Below are positions 23,677 through 37,996 of a stretch of 47,473 nt of DNA, piece by piece. The translations under genes were made by a program, and so were the position numbers. Under the pieces are notes generated by a model. It saw only the letters and a list, made by a program, of their open reading frames with translations. It was not told where the DNA came from and did not search any database. The first letter of the stretch is position 1. The number at the start of each line of letters is the position of its first letter. The DNA is from Octopus sinensis (Eukaryota): the NCBI RefSeq assembly GCF_006345805.1, contig NW_021834566.1, forward strand, positions 1-47,473, read 5' to 3'.

Positions 23677-24269
23677 AAATAATACATAAAGCATGAGGTT
23701 ACACACGCATAAAAATTTGAAATTTAATATAATTATTGAATGATTTGCGTGTGTGTGTGTGTATGGTGTGAATTCGTACATCACAGAGATCAATGGTTTT
23801 ATCCCGAACTGGAAATCTTCAGACCAAAAGGAGCAAATGATGTCTGCTTTGACTGTCGTCGTATGAGTTTTTCGGAAGAGAAGTTTTTAAAGTTTCTTCT
23901 CTCTTTCTCTCTCACCCCTTCTTTTGCTCGATATATGTATGTACGTATATGTATATCTTTTTTTTTCTTTTTTTTTCCGACCAGACCATCAGATGTTGTT
24001 ACACATCGCTGGTCACAATGCGTTCGCATTGTTTTAGCCTTCGAATGACGCCACCCCGCTGGCTAAGCGAGCAGGCCAACAGAAGAAAGAGTGGGAGAAA
24101 GAGTGATGAAAGAGTACAGCAGGGATCACCACCCCCTGCCGGAGCCTCGTGGAGCTTTTAGGTGTTTTCGCTCAATAAACACTCACAACGCCCGGTCTGG
24201 GAATCGAAACCGCGATCCTGCGACCGCGAGTCCGCTGCCCTAACCACTAGGCCATTGCGCCTCCACACG

Positions 24270-25199
<930 letters not shown>

Positions 25200-25686
25200 T
25201 AACCTGCAAACTCGGAAGCCCGCTATAGATGTCTAGCTCCAGCTTCAGCTGTGAACTTAGAACCTAACGGATGACCAATTATAGCACTTACACAGCGTAC
25301 CTATTCGTTTAGTCAACAACCCCTCATATTCGTTATGTATATATATATATCACGTGATCACGTGACCGACCAGACCATCAGATGTTGCTACACATCGCTG
25401 ATTTAGCCTTCAATGACGCCACCCCGCTGGCTAAGCGAGCAGGCCAATAGAAGAAAGAGTGAGAGAAGGTTGTGGTGAAAGAGAACAGCAGGGATCACCA
25501 CCACCCCCTGCCGGAGCCTCGTGGAGCTTTAGGTGTTTTCGCTCAATAAACACTCACAACGCTCGGTCTGGGAATCGAAACCGCGATCCAGTGTAGTACA
25601 ACGGTTTTGCTATGGAATGGTGAAGCAATTTTTTCGTTTTCTGAAAAGCAACGTTTTAAACTTACGACACTTTTACCAAATAGTAA

Positions 25687-25731
<45 letters not shown>

Positions 25732-25732
<1 letters not shown>

Positions 25733-25950
25733 TTTATTTTAAGCAGCAGAAAATTCAACAAAATCTGTTACTCTGGGTTTCTCGTTGCCGTTCATCAGAC
25801 AGTTTTTTAGCAAAACTGTCTGATGAACGGCAACGAGAAACTCAGAGTAACAGATTTTGTTGAATTTTCTGCTGCTTAAAATAAAGCATATTACTCTACC
25901 ACTGGTATTTGAGTACTCTTTTTTCCACCTTGTTTCACATTTATGTGTTT
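25732..25950. mobile_element. Penelope-like end with a 75-bp perfect-type palindrome carrying two hammerhead-like motifs
   Basis: Arms 25732-25806 / 25812-25886 with 1 mismatch; ctgt-CTGATGA-acggcaacga-GAAAC-tcaga-GTA-acag. Flanked by (TA)n on both sides. Confidence 0.65.
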
Positions 25951-25955
25951 ACTCC

Positions 25956-25997
<42 letters not shown>

Positions 25998-26214
25998 ATA
26001 TATATTATATATATATATATACTACGGGCTTCCTTCAGTTTCCGTCTACCAAATCTACTCACAAGGTTTTTGGCTATTGTAGAAGACACTTGCCGAAGGT
26101 GCCACGCTGTAGGTCTAAACCCGGGACCATCTGGTTGGGAAGTAAGTTTCTTACCACACAGCTACGCCTTTTGTTGTATTTAGGGACAGTCACTATGCTA
26201 ATATTATTAAGACA

Positions 26215-26480
26215 CACACACTGGTTCAATCCCACTCAGATATTATTAACAACCGGGTAAATATCGAACTAACTAATAAATTGTTTGTTTAATTTGGTTA
26301 AACATTGAGTCGATTGATTTTTTTCTTTTCGTCAAAGTTCTTTTGTTGCTATTTGCAAGCTTTTCAAAACCAAAACAAACGACTTAATGTTTAATCAGGT
26401 TAAACAAACAATTGATTAGATAGTTGAATATTTAACCAATTGATTAATAATAGAGTGGAATTGAACGAATACAAGTGTTA
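26215..26480. mobile_element. Degenerate copy of the ACACTGG foldback MITE
   Basis: cactggttcaat start, internal inverted arms, and a downstream flank shared with the 40052-40431 copy. Confidence 0.55.
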
Positions 26481-26583
26481 TTAATATTGGCATGATGACT
26501 CTCCGTAGACACAACAAAATTTGTTTGAACACACAAATTCACATAAAGAATCTTGCAAACCAGATACAAAAGCAAATTATATA

Positions 26584-27745
26584 CAGGGTGCGTAAGATAT
26601 TTGCGGACAGATTTATGTTTATAAAAAAAATTGATAATAACTTTATCTATCAAAAAATACGATGCGGATAAAAATAAACCTTTTCTATAATGTTATTCAA
26701 TAAAGCCTCCTTCAACTTCAACAACTGCTTCTATATGAGATCTAAATCATCTACATGCTCAAATCAAGTGGCCCTGGTTCATTTTGGACATTACCCTGAC
26801 TGAAAGCTTTCTAAGAATCTTTGGCGTCATGGCGTGATCATTGACCTCTCTCTCTCAACAACGCTCCACATGTAATAGCCCAATGGATTGAGATCTGGGG
26901 AAGTAGGAGGGCAAATTTTAGGGGCTATGTGATCATGAACATTTTCAACCATCCATTCCTCTGTTACTAAAGCCATGTATGATAGTGCAGAGTCTTACTG
27001 AAATACATATGGCCTTCCATTGCATACACCATTTATCCAGGGCTTAACAATTATTTCCAGGACTTTAATGTTGGCGGCAGAGTTAACTCTAAGACCTTGT
27101 GGAAAGATGTAAGGAGGTATCACATGTTGACAACCCTTAAAACCATGACAGATGCAGGAAATTTTGTATGCATAACACTTGGAACTTCAAAAGGGTCTGC
27201 ACATAATCATCTTTCATTTCTTCTGTTAAATTTTTGATCTTGGTCGAAGATTTTCTCGCTTGAGAAAACCAAGTCAAATCTCCTGCTGGGTTTTTCAGTT
27301 TGTTTATGAGCCTTTTAGATCTGATGTAGTGATTGTCTTTCGCTTTTTCGGACAAATTGACCTTTCCTCATCATATAAGACTTATATCAGATGTCTTCGT
27401 GGACAATATTTCTGACTGTTCCTTCTAACACATGTAGATCTTTTGCAATTGACCTCATGGACCTTCTGGGATTGTAATCAATGGTTTGTTGAACTTGCTC
27501 GATAAATTCAGATGTTCTGATGATTTCGGAATATTTAGAATGATTTTTATGCTTTGGTACTGGTGATACGTTTCCATCTTCAGTTTCTAGCTCCTTACAA
27601 ACTGTGTAGATGAAAGATCTGGCAACTTTTAAAACTCGAGATATTTCTAAATCACTATGTTCAGCCTTTATAACCACAATAGCAGCATGCTTCTTCATTT
27701 CTTGAGTAATCTGAGGGTCTGCCATTATTATTTTCAAAAACAAAG
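26584..27745 (-). mobile_element. Tc1/mariner DD37D (maT-type) transposon, pseudogenised
   Basis: HTH ORF at 27387-27743; FSSEKIFDQDQK and HTKFPASVMV; Q*DSA...SPDLNPL(G)Y with 37 residues between D2 and the third (mutated) catalytic position. TA-CAGGGTG end at 26582-26590. Confidence 0.85.
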
Positions 27746-27805
27746 ATTATACAGAGTTAGCGAAAATGCAGTAACGACCCAAAAAAGGTATATATATATA
27801 TATAT

Positions 27806-27855
<50 letters not shown>

Positions 27856-28029
27856 AAGAGATAATGTATATATGTAAACATTTATTGTATATGTAGATAT
27901 ACATACAATGCATATCTACATATACATACATGAATGTGTAGTCGAAAATCTCCAACTATGAGCACCCTCATCTCTCTCTCTCTCTCTTTCCCTCTGCATC
28001 TCTCTCATTCTTTCTCTCTCCTTCTTTCT

Positions 28030-28067
<38 letters not shown>

Positions 28068-28694
28068 CTCTCTCCCTCTTGAAACATCCGCTTTCTGTCT
28101 GGTCGAACTATTACTGCATGTGTTAAAGAAGCCTTTTCTGGCCCTTATTCTAATGATCATATTAAACTCAGAAATTAAAAGGATAAACGCTTTAAAAATA
28201 TAAGAAGTTCGGGCAATCCTCTCACAGACGGAAAAATAGCCTCCACCTAGGTCAGTCAGTGTACCCCACGGCCCGGCCTGCCTACTGCTTGTCATATTGG
28301 AACATGGTGCTCCGGACAGGCACCAGTAAGCATTTTTTTTTTAGTTGGACGGTACACAACGCATTCAACGTCCAGTGCTAAATCCAGTTATGTGATGTCA
28401 AAAACAACCAGCTTTCTCAACAATGCTTTTCTTTCTGCGTGTTTCTTAAAATCCCAATCTATTTTTCTCCTACTCAATTAGGATTTCATTTTCATGATCA
28501 CATTTTAAATTAACCATCTTTTGTCGTCTTGACCTCGTTGCCTATTCGCCGGGCCATGCATCGGCTGTTTCATATGTTTCATGTTCCTTTTTTTATTGGA
28601 ATTGATTGGTTTTCTTCTAATTTGTTTTTTGCTTGTCCTATCCTGTGTCGCTTTCCATAGGACACAAGACGAAGGTGTTATTATAAGAAATTTT

Positions 28695-28921
28695 TTTTTT
28701 TTTTTTACTACCCACAAGGGGCTAAACACAGAGAGGACAAACAAGGACAGACAAACGGATTAAGTCGATTATATCGTCCCCAGTGCGTAACTGGTACTTA
28801 TTTAATCGACCCCGAAAGGATGAAAGGCAAAGTCGACCTCGGCGGAATTTGAACTCAGAACGTAACGGCAGACGAAATACGGCTACGCATTTCGCCCTGT
28901 GTGCTAACGTTTCTGCCAGCT
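28695..28921 (-). mobile_element. SINE family A copy with poly(A) tail
   Basis: Same core and tail, ending in an A-run. Other older or partial copies lie near 1955-2150, 2490-2680, 3840-4455, 5220-5540, 22910-23100, 30800-30990, 35060-35195, 36320-36490, 37075-37285 and 42010-42130. Confidence 0.85.
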
Positions 28922-29276
28922 TTCAGTTTCCTGGTCTTTGGTTTCCTGGTCTTCGGTTTCCTGTTCGGTTTTCTCTTCAACCTACAGTCTGTCGGTCCCT
29001 AAAGCTGGAACGTGGTAAGTCTGTTAACGAATCCTTGAAATGCAGCAAATAGGGATTTGGAAAAAGCGTCCAGTGAATTTTACCGCTGTTATTGCTTCCT
29101 CTTGCTGCTACCCACCGCGCTTTCTACTACTCTCCAGCTACTTAAGGAAGAAAACTATAGTAGAAGACACTCGCCGAAGGTGTCACGCAGTGTGACCCAA
29201 CCCGAAACTATGTGGTTTGAGAAGCAAACTTCTTACCACACACAGCCACACCTGCACCTCCCTCTCTTTCGATATA

Positions 29277-29320
<44 letters not shown>

Positions 29321-29369
29321 CCATGAATGACCGCTAACTCCACTAGTTTTTTTTTTTTATTCTATGTAT

Positions 29370-29510
29370 ATTTCCTCGTGTTCCTTTCTGTTGAAGAGCG
29401 TAAGCTCGAATCGTAAAAGACTTTCTCACCTTCCCGAGCGTCAAACTAATACACCTGCTTGTTGTTTATACACCTGTCTTCGTCTTTTGTTTTTCTGTAA
29501 ATTTCAACTA
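29370..29510 (+). mobile_element. Short Penelope-like terminal fragment (family P3)
   Basis: Homologous to 43435-43580; GAGC-GTAA-GCTC hairpin; ends in (TA)n. Confidence 0.5.
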
Positions 29511-31212
29511 TATATATATATAAATTTATACTATATGCACTAAAATTTATACTATATGCAATTGTAAAATGCTATCTAAGCGTTATTAACGGTACGTTAA
29601 AATTATATCCCGTTGCTGTCACTTGTTATGCAACAGGATATAATTTTATTCTTATTATCTGTTGAAGACGTCTTTAAAATATCATTGAATGTTCAGCGGC
29701 AACAGGATATTGTTATAAATAATCGCTACACGATGGCTATTCTTTTATTTGTATGTATTCAGAGAATGTTGATATATATCCTGGGTAACTTTCGGTGTTT
29801 CTTGTTTCTTTATATTTTGTTAATTCATTTCTTTTTTGTTATTGTTATCAAATCTTTATTCAATAATGTACTGTTTTGACCAAGTGAATACAAGGACAAT
29901 TTTGTAATGAGATGACTAACTCGATTAATCGACTATTAGGAGTTTATCAATATCAGAACAGGTTTCAGTATTATTTAAACACAACGAAATAAATACTAGA
30001 TGTTAGTTCAGTATTCTGTAACTTGGAGGTGAGGATTTGCCACCCACCTCGTAACTCGATTTGTTAGAAATAGTAGCTTAATCTCCCTCAAATCACAAAT
30101 AACGTCTTCGCGAAACAAGTCGCGTTGCATAATATGGTCCTCGATTCATTATTTTATATTTTATTAGTTAAATAGAAGTGTTGGACAAGTATGGAATGCC
30201 TTCGATTCCTAGTCTGTTGAACCAGGGCTGACCTGAGGCTAAACAGCAGCAATAGCAGTGGAGGCGCAATGGCCCAGTGGTTAGGGCAACGGACTCGCAG
30301 TCGTAAGAACGCGGTTTCGATTCCCAGACCGGGTATTGTGAGTGTTTATTGAGCAAAAATACCTAAGCTCCACGAGGCTCCGGCGGGGCGGGGGGTGAAC
30401 CCCGCTGTACTCTTTCACCACAACTTTCTCTCACTCTTTCTTCCTACTTTTGCCACAAAGCAGTATAACCATGGTGTAACCCACTATAGTGTGGTAAACT
30501 TTCAGACCATAGTCTAGATTGCGAATCCTCATTATCCCAGGATGGTTCAGCTCTCCACCCAATAAAAACCACCGTTTACGGAATGAGGATAACAACGTAG
30601 CTTTCGCGCCCGTACAACCGCCAGTCTATCGCGTGTGGTGGGTGGATCTTCAAGTTGCCACACGCATTCTTAGTAGCTTAGAGTAGGCTCGAATTAGAGA
30701 TTATTCTTCGTAGCTAATGGTGTGAGTCCTGTTTGGAAGAAGAAGAAGAAGAAGAAGAAGAAGAAGACGACGACAGCAGCAACTTATTGCTCTTAGTATT
30801 TATCAAGTAATGTTAGCAGGCCGGGCAAAATGCTTAACGGCATTTCATCTTTCTTTATGTTCTGAGTCCAAATTCTCTCGAGGTCGACTTTATCTTTCAT
30901 CCTTTCGGGGTTGATAAAACAAATACAAGTTGAGCATAATCGACTTATCATCACTGCCCTGAACCTGCTGGCCTTGTGCCAAAATTTGAAATAAATATCT
31001 ATTTAGTAATTATCTCTTACATTAGCCATAATGTCACAATTGATTAAATCTATCCTACTATGTAACTCTGTGTGTGTGTATGTGCGTGTGTGTGTGTGCG
31101 CGAGTGCAATATTATCGAACCTAATGTGTTGAATGTTAAACTCAAACTTAGTGGGACGTCAACGCACAGCATAGAAGAAAAAGAAATCGAAGGCAAAATT
31201 GATTATTCTTAG

Positions 31213-31376
31213 GAGCGGCTGTGTGGTAAATAGCTTGCTTACCAACCACATGGTTTCGGGTTTAGTCCCACTGCGTGGCACCTTGGGCAAGTGTCTTCTA
31301 CTATAGCCTCGGGCCGACCAAAGCCTTGTGAGTGGATTTGGTAGACGGAAACTGAAAGAAGCCCGTCGTATATATG

Positions 31377-31409
<33 letters not shown>

Positions 31410-31620
31410 TTGTGTGTCTGTGTTTGTCCCCCCAACATCGCTTGGCAACCGATGCAGGTGTGTTTTGGTCCCCGTAACTTAGCGGTTCGGCAAAAGACAC
31501 CGATAGAATAAGTACTAGGCTTACAAAGAATAAGTCCTGGGGTCGATTTGCTCAACCAAAGGCGGTGCTCCAGCATGGCCGCAGTCAAATGACTGAAACA
31601 AGTAAAAGAGTAAAACAGTA
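31213..31620 (+). mobile_element. SINE family C, near full-length
   Basis: Same head, core and tail as 13403-13768. Other copies at about 11200-11690 (-), 11797-11953 (-), 26021-26165 (-), 29140-29250 (-) and 35755-36050 (+). Confidence 0.85.
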
Positions 31621-32329
31621 AGTCTTTTTTTTCTTTTCTTTTTTTTTTCAACTTGTTACTGAGTCGAATATATTCAATATCAAATTACATTCATTTAACC
31701 CCATATTGCATGAATTATTAAGGACAGATACAAAAATATTACTTTTACAGAAAAGCGGTCAAAATTCATAGCTGGAATGTGAATCATTGCAAATGTTTAC
31801 GTATATGTGAATGGAATATTTGGGCATTTGGGGCTTTGATTATTTCAAGCAATATTATGCAATAGTAAAACATGTAAACAAATACTTGAAATGTAGTTTT
31901 AGTATGAAGTTTCAGTATTCAATGAATATGTCCACACGCGTTGTTGTTTTCAAAAAGAAAATCTGCTGATTGTTTTGAAGTATAGAAAATATTTTTGTCA
32001 TATAGTGTTGTTTACACTGAGGACCCCCGTTCAAAAAGCAAAAGAGTTGTGTTTCTTTGAATTAACACTGTGAATTTAAACATATTTTGGTTTGTTGCTT
32101 TAAATACACAGTAAGCAATATAGAGTTAACTTTTACAAAAATACATAGCTATTTCGGGATATAGCTTTCATAGTTTGCTTTCTTTTATGAAATTTTTAGT
32201 CGCAACGAATACTTTAACAAACATTTTCATCCAAAATATCTCGTCTTGATATATTATTTAGCACAACACTTTACCGTGTATATTACCTTGCAGTTATTCA
32301 TATTTCATACAAATAGCAATAATGATTAT

Positions 32330-33590
32330 GCCTAACCACGTTCGGGGTTATCACATCTCGGTTACTCTTTAAAACTCGTGTGGAATTCGAATTTAAGACG
32401 CTGAATATGACTGCGTGAGGAAAGCACATAAGCCTAAACGCTCTCAGAGATTTACAACTGTATGACAGGTATTGACTGGATTTACCTGATGTGCCAATGG
32501 GTATATGGGACTGCCTCATCGGTTCGTTCAAATCGCATCCAGATAGAGTTTTTTGTTAGGTCAACGAATAGCTTTTGTGTAGGATGTGCACTGTTCAGAC
32601 TGTCAGCAGTCGGTTGTGGGACGCTCTAAATTGTGCGATTAAATTAAAATCGATAGCGGTCAGTGAACAGTTATCGATAGAGAGATCTAGTTAGTAATTT
32701 ATATGTGATTAGCATTACCAGATGTGATTAGCACTGCTAGATATGATTAGCATTAGATGTGATTAGCATCACTAGCTACGAGAATGGTTCGTGGCTATTT
32801 CTTCAACGCGAAACTCGAAGGCTGCATTATTGGAGTTGGGATCCATTTGCTAAAACACGAGGGTAGAAAAGACGTCTGTTGGTTCTAACTTACGGAGACG
32901 ATATCAGGCAACATTACTGCAATCCGATATTTGATGAACCAAGATTGTTACTTGTAAAGGTAAATGGGAAGAGTCCACAAGTCGCCATTCCAGCCGACAT
33001 TTTGGCAGCACCCGTATGGAAGGTAGTGGCGTATCGCTAAAACCCGATGGCTAAAAGCAGCGACTTCCGCTCAGTTGAAATGAGTCTTGAAAGAAATAAG
33101 GACAGGAGTAGAATATGTCAACAGAGTAAGGCAGTTTTGGATTGATGGTTCTCTTCAAGAGCAAAGCCTTTGTGCTGAAATACTCCCATATCCTTTACCC
33201 GAGTAAGAGAAAAAAAAACAGTTAATTAAAAAGAGATAGAATTCCAACTGATTTGGAGATCTTTTGTCATTATGGAAGGAAGGGATATACTTCTCAAATG
33301 GAAATAAACGGAGAAGGGATTTTGATCTGACACCACGGTAGAGATCCTCCTCTAATTCAGACACGGAGGTGAAAAATACCCTATACCTTATCCAGCTACC
33401 GAACAGAGTGGATCTACGAGTCGCAGTTGAGAGCAAAAAGACGAGATACCGATTGTACGGTACGAAAGGCCACTTCAGAGTTTCTGTCCTCGACAAAAAA
33501 CAGGAGACCGCATAAGAGAACTAATTAGAAGGGAAAGGAAAGGAGGCAATCGTCAACCACCGTAGATAGTTAGCCTTGAAAAGGATTATT
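32330..33590 (+). mobile_element. Highly degenerate Tx1/L1-like ORF2 fragments
   Basis: DLPDVPMG...GSFKSHPDRVF at about 32470-32560. The sequence gagaccgcataagagaact...ggcaatcgtcaac at about 33505-33560 matches 41640-41700. Confidence 0.5.
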
Positions 33591-35409
33591 ACATTGGAAT
33601 TGATTAGGTTTAGTAAGAAAATATAGACAGAGAATTCTAGGATTGAGGGAGAGGTGGGTAGTTCGTAACAAGTTAGTAACCAAACGAAAATTAAATTTCT
33701 GTAATTAAATTGATGTTCGGCATTCTAATGATTTTTGCAGTTTTCGTTCGCGGAGCTAAATACGCTTAAACATGTCAAAAAATAAAATATTTAGGTTTTT
33801 TTTACACACATAGCTAAATATTGTCCAGCAATTAAAAAAAATCAGGTCGAAAACCCTCCAAAATTCAAAAGCAGATATATTAATAGTGTGACATGGAAAA
33901 ATAATCTCTCTCTCTCTCGCTCTCTCTATCTCTCTCTCTCTCTCTCTGCATTAGTGCACGCACGCGTGTATTTTTGTTCATTGTTCATATGTTGAACAGT
34001 TAGATCTCTATTTGAATTCGTGATAGAAAAAAATATTCTGTTTAATTTTCTTTTAAGCAAACTGAAATATGAAGAAGTAATTAAATTTTATATAGACAAT
34101 AGAAGTTGCAGCTACGCGTACTACATTATACCTATTCAAGGCCTATTCAACATATCTGATTCATGCCAAGGAACTCATGGATGATTTCTTCGTTGGAACA
34201 ACGTAGTGAAACTATGTGCATATTTTAATGATGTTTATTCTCTTTTACTGCATTTATATATTTCATCAGAAATGAGTATTTAAAATATGATTCTTTTTCT
34301 CAATTTTTCCTTAACACACATATATATTGTAATACCCTGTTGAATGTTGAACATATATCCACAGCAAAACAGCGGGTCGATTATGGCATACGTGTCTTAA
34401 ATTTCACTAAAATTATATTTCTGATATAGTTTTTTTTTTTTTTTTTTTTCTGTTCAGCTTAATTTACATAATTTTTTAACATAAAATCGCTTACCTAAAC
34501 AATGTCAAACACACTTACGAGGTAAATATAAATCTTACTGAATTCCTTCATATTTTTGCACACTTTTGTAATAAAGCAGGATATAAAGAATTATTGGTAA
34601 ATAAAAAAGAAACAGTCGACAAAACCTAGCGCTTTAATTTCGCTTGTGTTCTATTCATGACAGAAATAATTGTTAATTCTCTCCTCAAGAACTTACTTTG
34701 ATTTATTCGGTTCCATTGGGTACATATTTCTTTCAACTGAAATTTCAAATTAACTTCTACTTAGAAATAGAAATTCACTTTATATGATCAGAAAACATGA
34801 CAAAAAACAACGTTCCAAGTATGCCATCAGTATTTTATTTATCAAAATTGTCAATAATATTTTATTCACGGTAAAATAGAAAGAATATTGCAACGATTAG
34901 TTCATAAACTAATAATTTCTCTGTATTTATATTTCTAAATATGTGACGTGCGTGTATATTCGGGTTTATAAATCGCAAAGTTATAAAAGAAAATAACAAA
35001 CTTCTAATGATAAAATGACTCGGTGTTTTTTGATTAAGCCAAATATAATCTTTTCTACTCTAGGCGCAAGGCCCAAAATTTTGGGGGAGGGGGCCAGTCG
35101 TTGAGATCGACCCCAGTGCTCTACTGGTATTTAATTTATCTACCCTTAAAGGATGAAAGGCAAAGTCTTTCTCGGCGGAATTTGAACTCAGAACGTGTGT
35201 GTGTGTTATATACATACATATCTATCTTTTAATTCTTTCAGTCACTGAACTGCTGTCATGCCTGGGTACTGTCTTGAAAGGGTCAAATTCAACAATTCTA
35301 CTCTAGTACTTCTGCTTAAGCCTTGTACTTTTATTATTGGACATTTTTTTACCGATCCGCTAAGTTATGGGGATATAAAAAGACCAACACCGGTTGTCAA
35401 GCGGTAGTG

Positions 35410-35444
35410 AAGAAGGACACACACACATACATGCACATACACAT

Positions 35445-35507
<63 letters not shown>

Positions 35508-35750
35508 GTATATATACATATATGTATGTTTATGCATGTATATATATGTATATATATGTATGTATATACATGTATGCATATATATATATACATGTATATA
35601 CATGTATATATATGTATGTATATACATGTATGCATATATATATATACATGTATATACATGTATATATATATATGTATATACATGTATGTATATATATATA
35701 TATATGTGTGTATATATATATATATATAATGTATATATATATATATATAC
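35410..35750. repeat. Compound (CA)/(TA)/(TG) microsatellite
   Basis: Direct reading. Confidence 0.95.
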
Positions 35751-37363
35751 ACAGGATTGGCTGTGTGGTAAGTAGCTTGCTTACCAGCCGCATGGTTCCG
35801 GGCTCAGTCCCACTGCGTGGCACTACTATAGCCTCGGACCGACCAAAGCCTTGTGAGTGGATTTGGTAGACGGAAACTGAAAGAAGCCCGTCGTATATAT
35901 GTGTGTGTTCCTCAAACATCGTGTAACAACCTATGCTGGTGTGTTTACGTCCCCCGTAACTTAGCGGTTCGGCAAAAGACAGCGATAAAATAAGTACTAG
36001 GCGGTGCTCCAGCATGGCCGCAGTCAAATGACTGAAACAAGTAAAAGATTATATATATATATATTATATATAGAGATATATATTAATAATTAAGGGTACA
36101 AGCAGGCAGTACCGGCATGCTAAATATAGCAGTTAAAATGACAAAACCACAAGTTTTCAATAGCCTTGGGTTTTCTTACGCATGTTAAGCCATTGCTATT
36201 ATTATTATAAAGAATAATATTCTCATATGTGTGTGTGTGTGTATAGGGTTGGTCAAAAGTCACCCGACAGTAAATCAAAATTCCATTAATACTATCTCTA
36301 ATTCTGTTCTGACTCGAATGCCTTGCGATATTTTGTCTGCCGCTACATTCTGAGTTCAAATTCCACCGAAGTCGACTTTGCCTTTCATCCTTTTGGCGTC
36401 GATAAATTAAGGACCAGTGAGTCTGTGGGGGTCGATGTAATCGACAAGTTCCCCCTCCTCAAATTTCAGGTCTTGTGCCTATAGTAGAAAGGATATATAT
36501 ATATATATATATCGAGCTTCTTTCGGTTTCCGTTTTACCAAATCCATTCAGAGTTGTATTCGGCCCGGTGCTGTTTTTTTCTGTTTTACATGCTTCATCC
36601 CAAAGTCTGTGACCATGATGGAGCACAACAGACCACAAGCACGGTGACACTGACCAATAGCTACGTTTGGTGAGCAAGTCTCTTAACCACACAGTGTGTG
36701 CGTGTTTGTGTGTGTGTGTGTGTATGATTGTTTTTGTAATTCTTTCAAGGAAGAATATGGATTCTAACTAGGAAACAAAGCTTCTTTTTTGAAATATTAA
36801 TATAAAAAAGGATAAATGCTACATTCTGAAAGTTCTTATTTATTTATTTTTTTTTTTTTTTTTTCGTAGCTCTTCCAATTAGAGGTTGTGTTTATATAGT
36901 ACGTGTTAGCTGGTCAATTTCTTTACCTGAAAATCCTGGATTTCTTGATTGCCTCTTAAACATTTACAGATGTGGATAAGGGAACCATTCATTACTGAAA
37001 TAATGTCAATTTATAAACATAGGGAATCTGCTGGTTTCGTTTCTGTTGTTCGTAAATATCTTTCTCGCTGATATTGGCTCCAAAGTTTGGCACAGAACCA
37101 GCAATTTCGTGGGATGGAGGAAGTCGATTACATCGATCCCAGTGTTCAATTGGTACTTATTTCATCGGCCCCGAAAGGATGAAAGGCAAAGTCGACCTCG
37201 GCAGAATTTGAACTCAAAACGTAAAGACAGACGAAATACACTGCGCAGTTTACCCGTTGTGCAAACGATTGTGCCAGCTCGCCAGCTTATCTTGCTCAGT
37301 GATATTAAAAGAAATTCACATATCTAGGGGATAACCAGATGATTTCTATGACTGTAGATGATC

Positions 37364-37369
37364 TTTATT
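37364..37369 (-). terminator. Candidate AATAAA polyadenylation signal of the Kunitz gene
   Basis: AATAAA on the minus strand about 390 nt past the stop, just before a SINE. No transcript evidence. Confidence 0.25.
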
Positions 37370-37760
37370 TTCAGTCCCTTAAGCTGTCTAAAACCTATTA
37401 TGTTCGCAATTGGTGGATGTTTTGATGGGAATGTTCCACCAGTCGTTTCTGTGTTATGCATTCAATAACAACAGCATTGTTTATATTTTTGCATGTATAG
37501 ATCTGATTGTATAAACGTGTATATATATTTCTTCAAATGAAATATGTGAAAGGATACCTAAAGAAACTACTTTGTAGTATATGAAGGTGTAAGCTGGACT
37601 ACATTAATACCTTCAAAGACTTGAAAATTATATCTGTTGTGTTAGAAATTTCAGTTATATGCTGTGAGTGATATACTTTAGACTACCGAATAATATTAGA
37701 AAGCTATTTTATCCATTAATAAAATATTGTTGTCAGTTCTGTTCGGGTTTGATAGCTTCC

Positions 37761-37947
37761 TTAAGGTTGTTGATTTTTAGACCAAAATTTACATTTGAGC
37801 CATTTCTTGTAATGTACGCAACGGCACATGCATGCCCTTCTTGACCTGAAATTGTTTGAGTTGCCTCCACAACCGTAATAATAAAATCTCGAGCAATAAC
37901 GTCTGCGTCGATCGTAGTAGAATCTATATTCACCACATCCGTGGGTC
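37761..37947 (-). CDS. Double-Kunitz secreted protein, last coding exon (rest of Kunitz domain 2 and basic tail)
   Basis: Acceptor tttctttttctag|G; the phase-2 join gives AG|G = Arg. Translation THGCGEYRFYYDRRRRYCSRFYYYGCGGNSNNFRSRRACMCRCVHYKKWLKCKFWSKNQQP*. Total CDS 82+229+187 = 498 nt = 165 aa + stop. Confidence 0.9.
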
Positions 37948-37996
37948 CTAGAAAAAGAAATATAAATCATTCATAAAGGTAATCAACAAAAGATTG

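Noticed and set aside
29733-29790. Signal-like MAILLFVCIQRMLIYILG with a gtaact donor (plus strand)
   Set aside because: No compatible downstream plus-strand exons; hydrophobic codons are common in T-rich DNA.
31695-31770. Signal-peptide-like ORF MNFDRFSVKVIFLYLSLIIHAIWG (minus strand)
   Set aside because: Only a weak donor (gttaaa) precedes the stop, and no downstream partner exon was found.
35323-36027. Long ORFs rich in Y/I/M/C/V/H/T (also 45436-46571, 17667-18051, 11365-11652, 24162-24447)
   Set aside because: They are translations of (TA)/(TG)/(CA)/(ATT) microsatellites, not genes.
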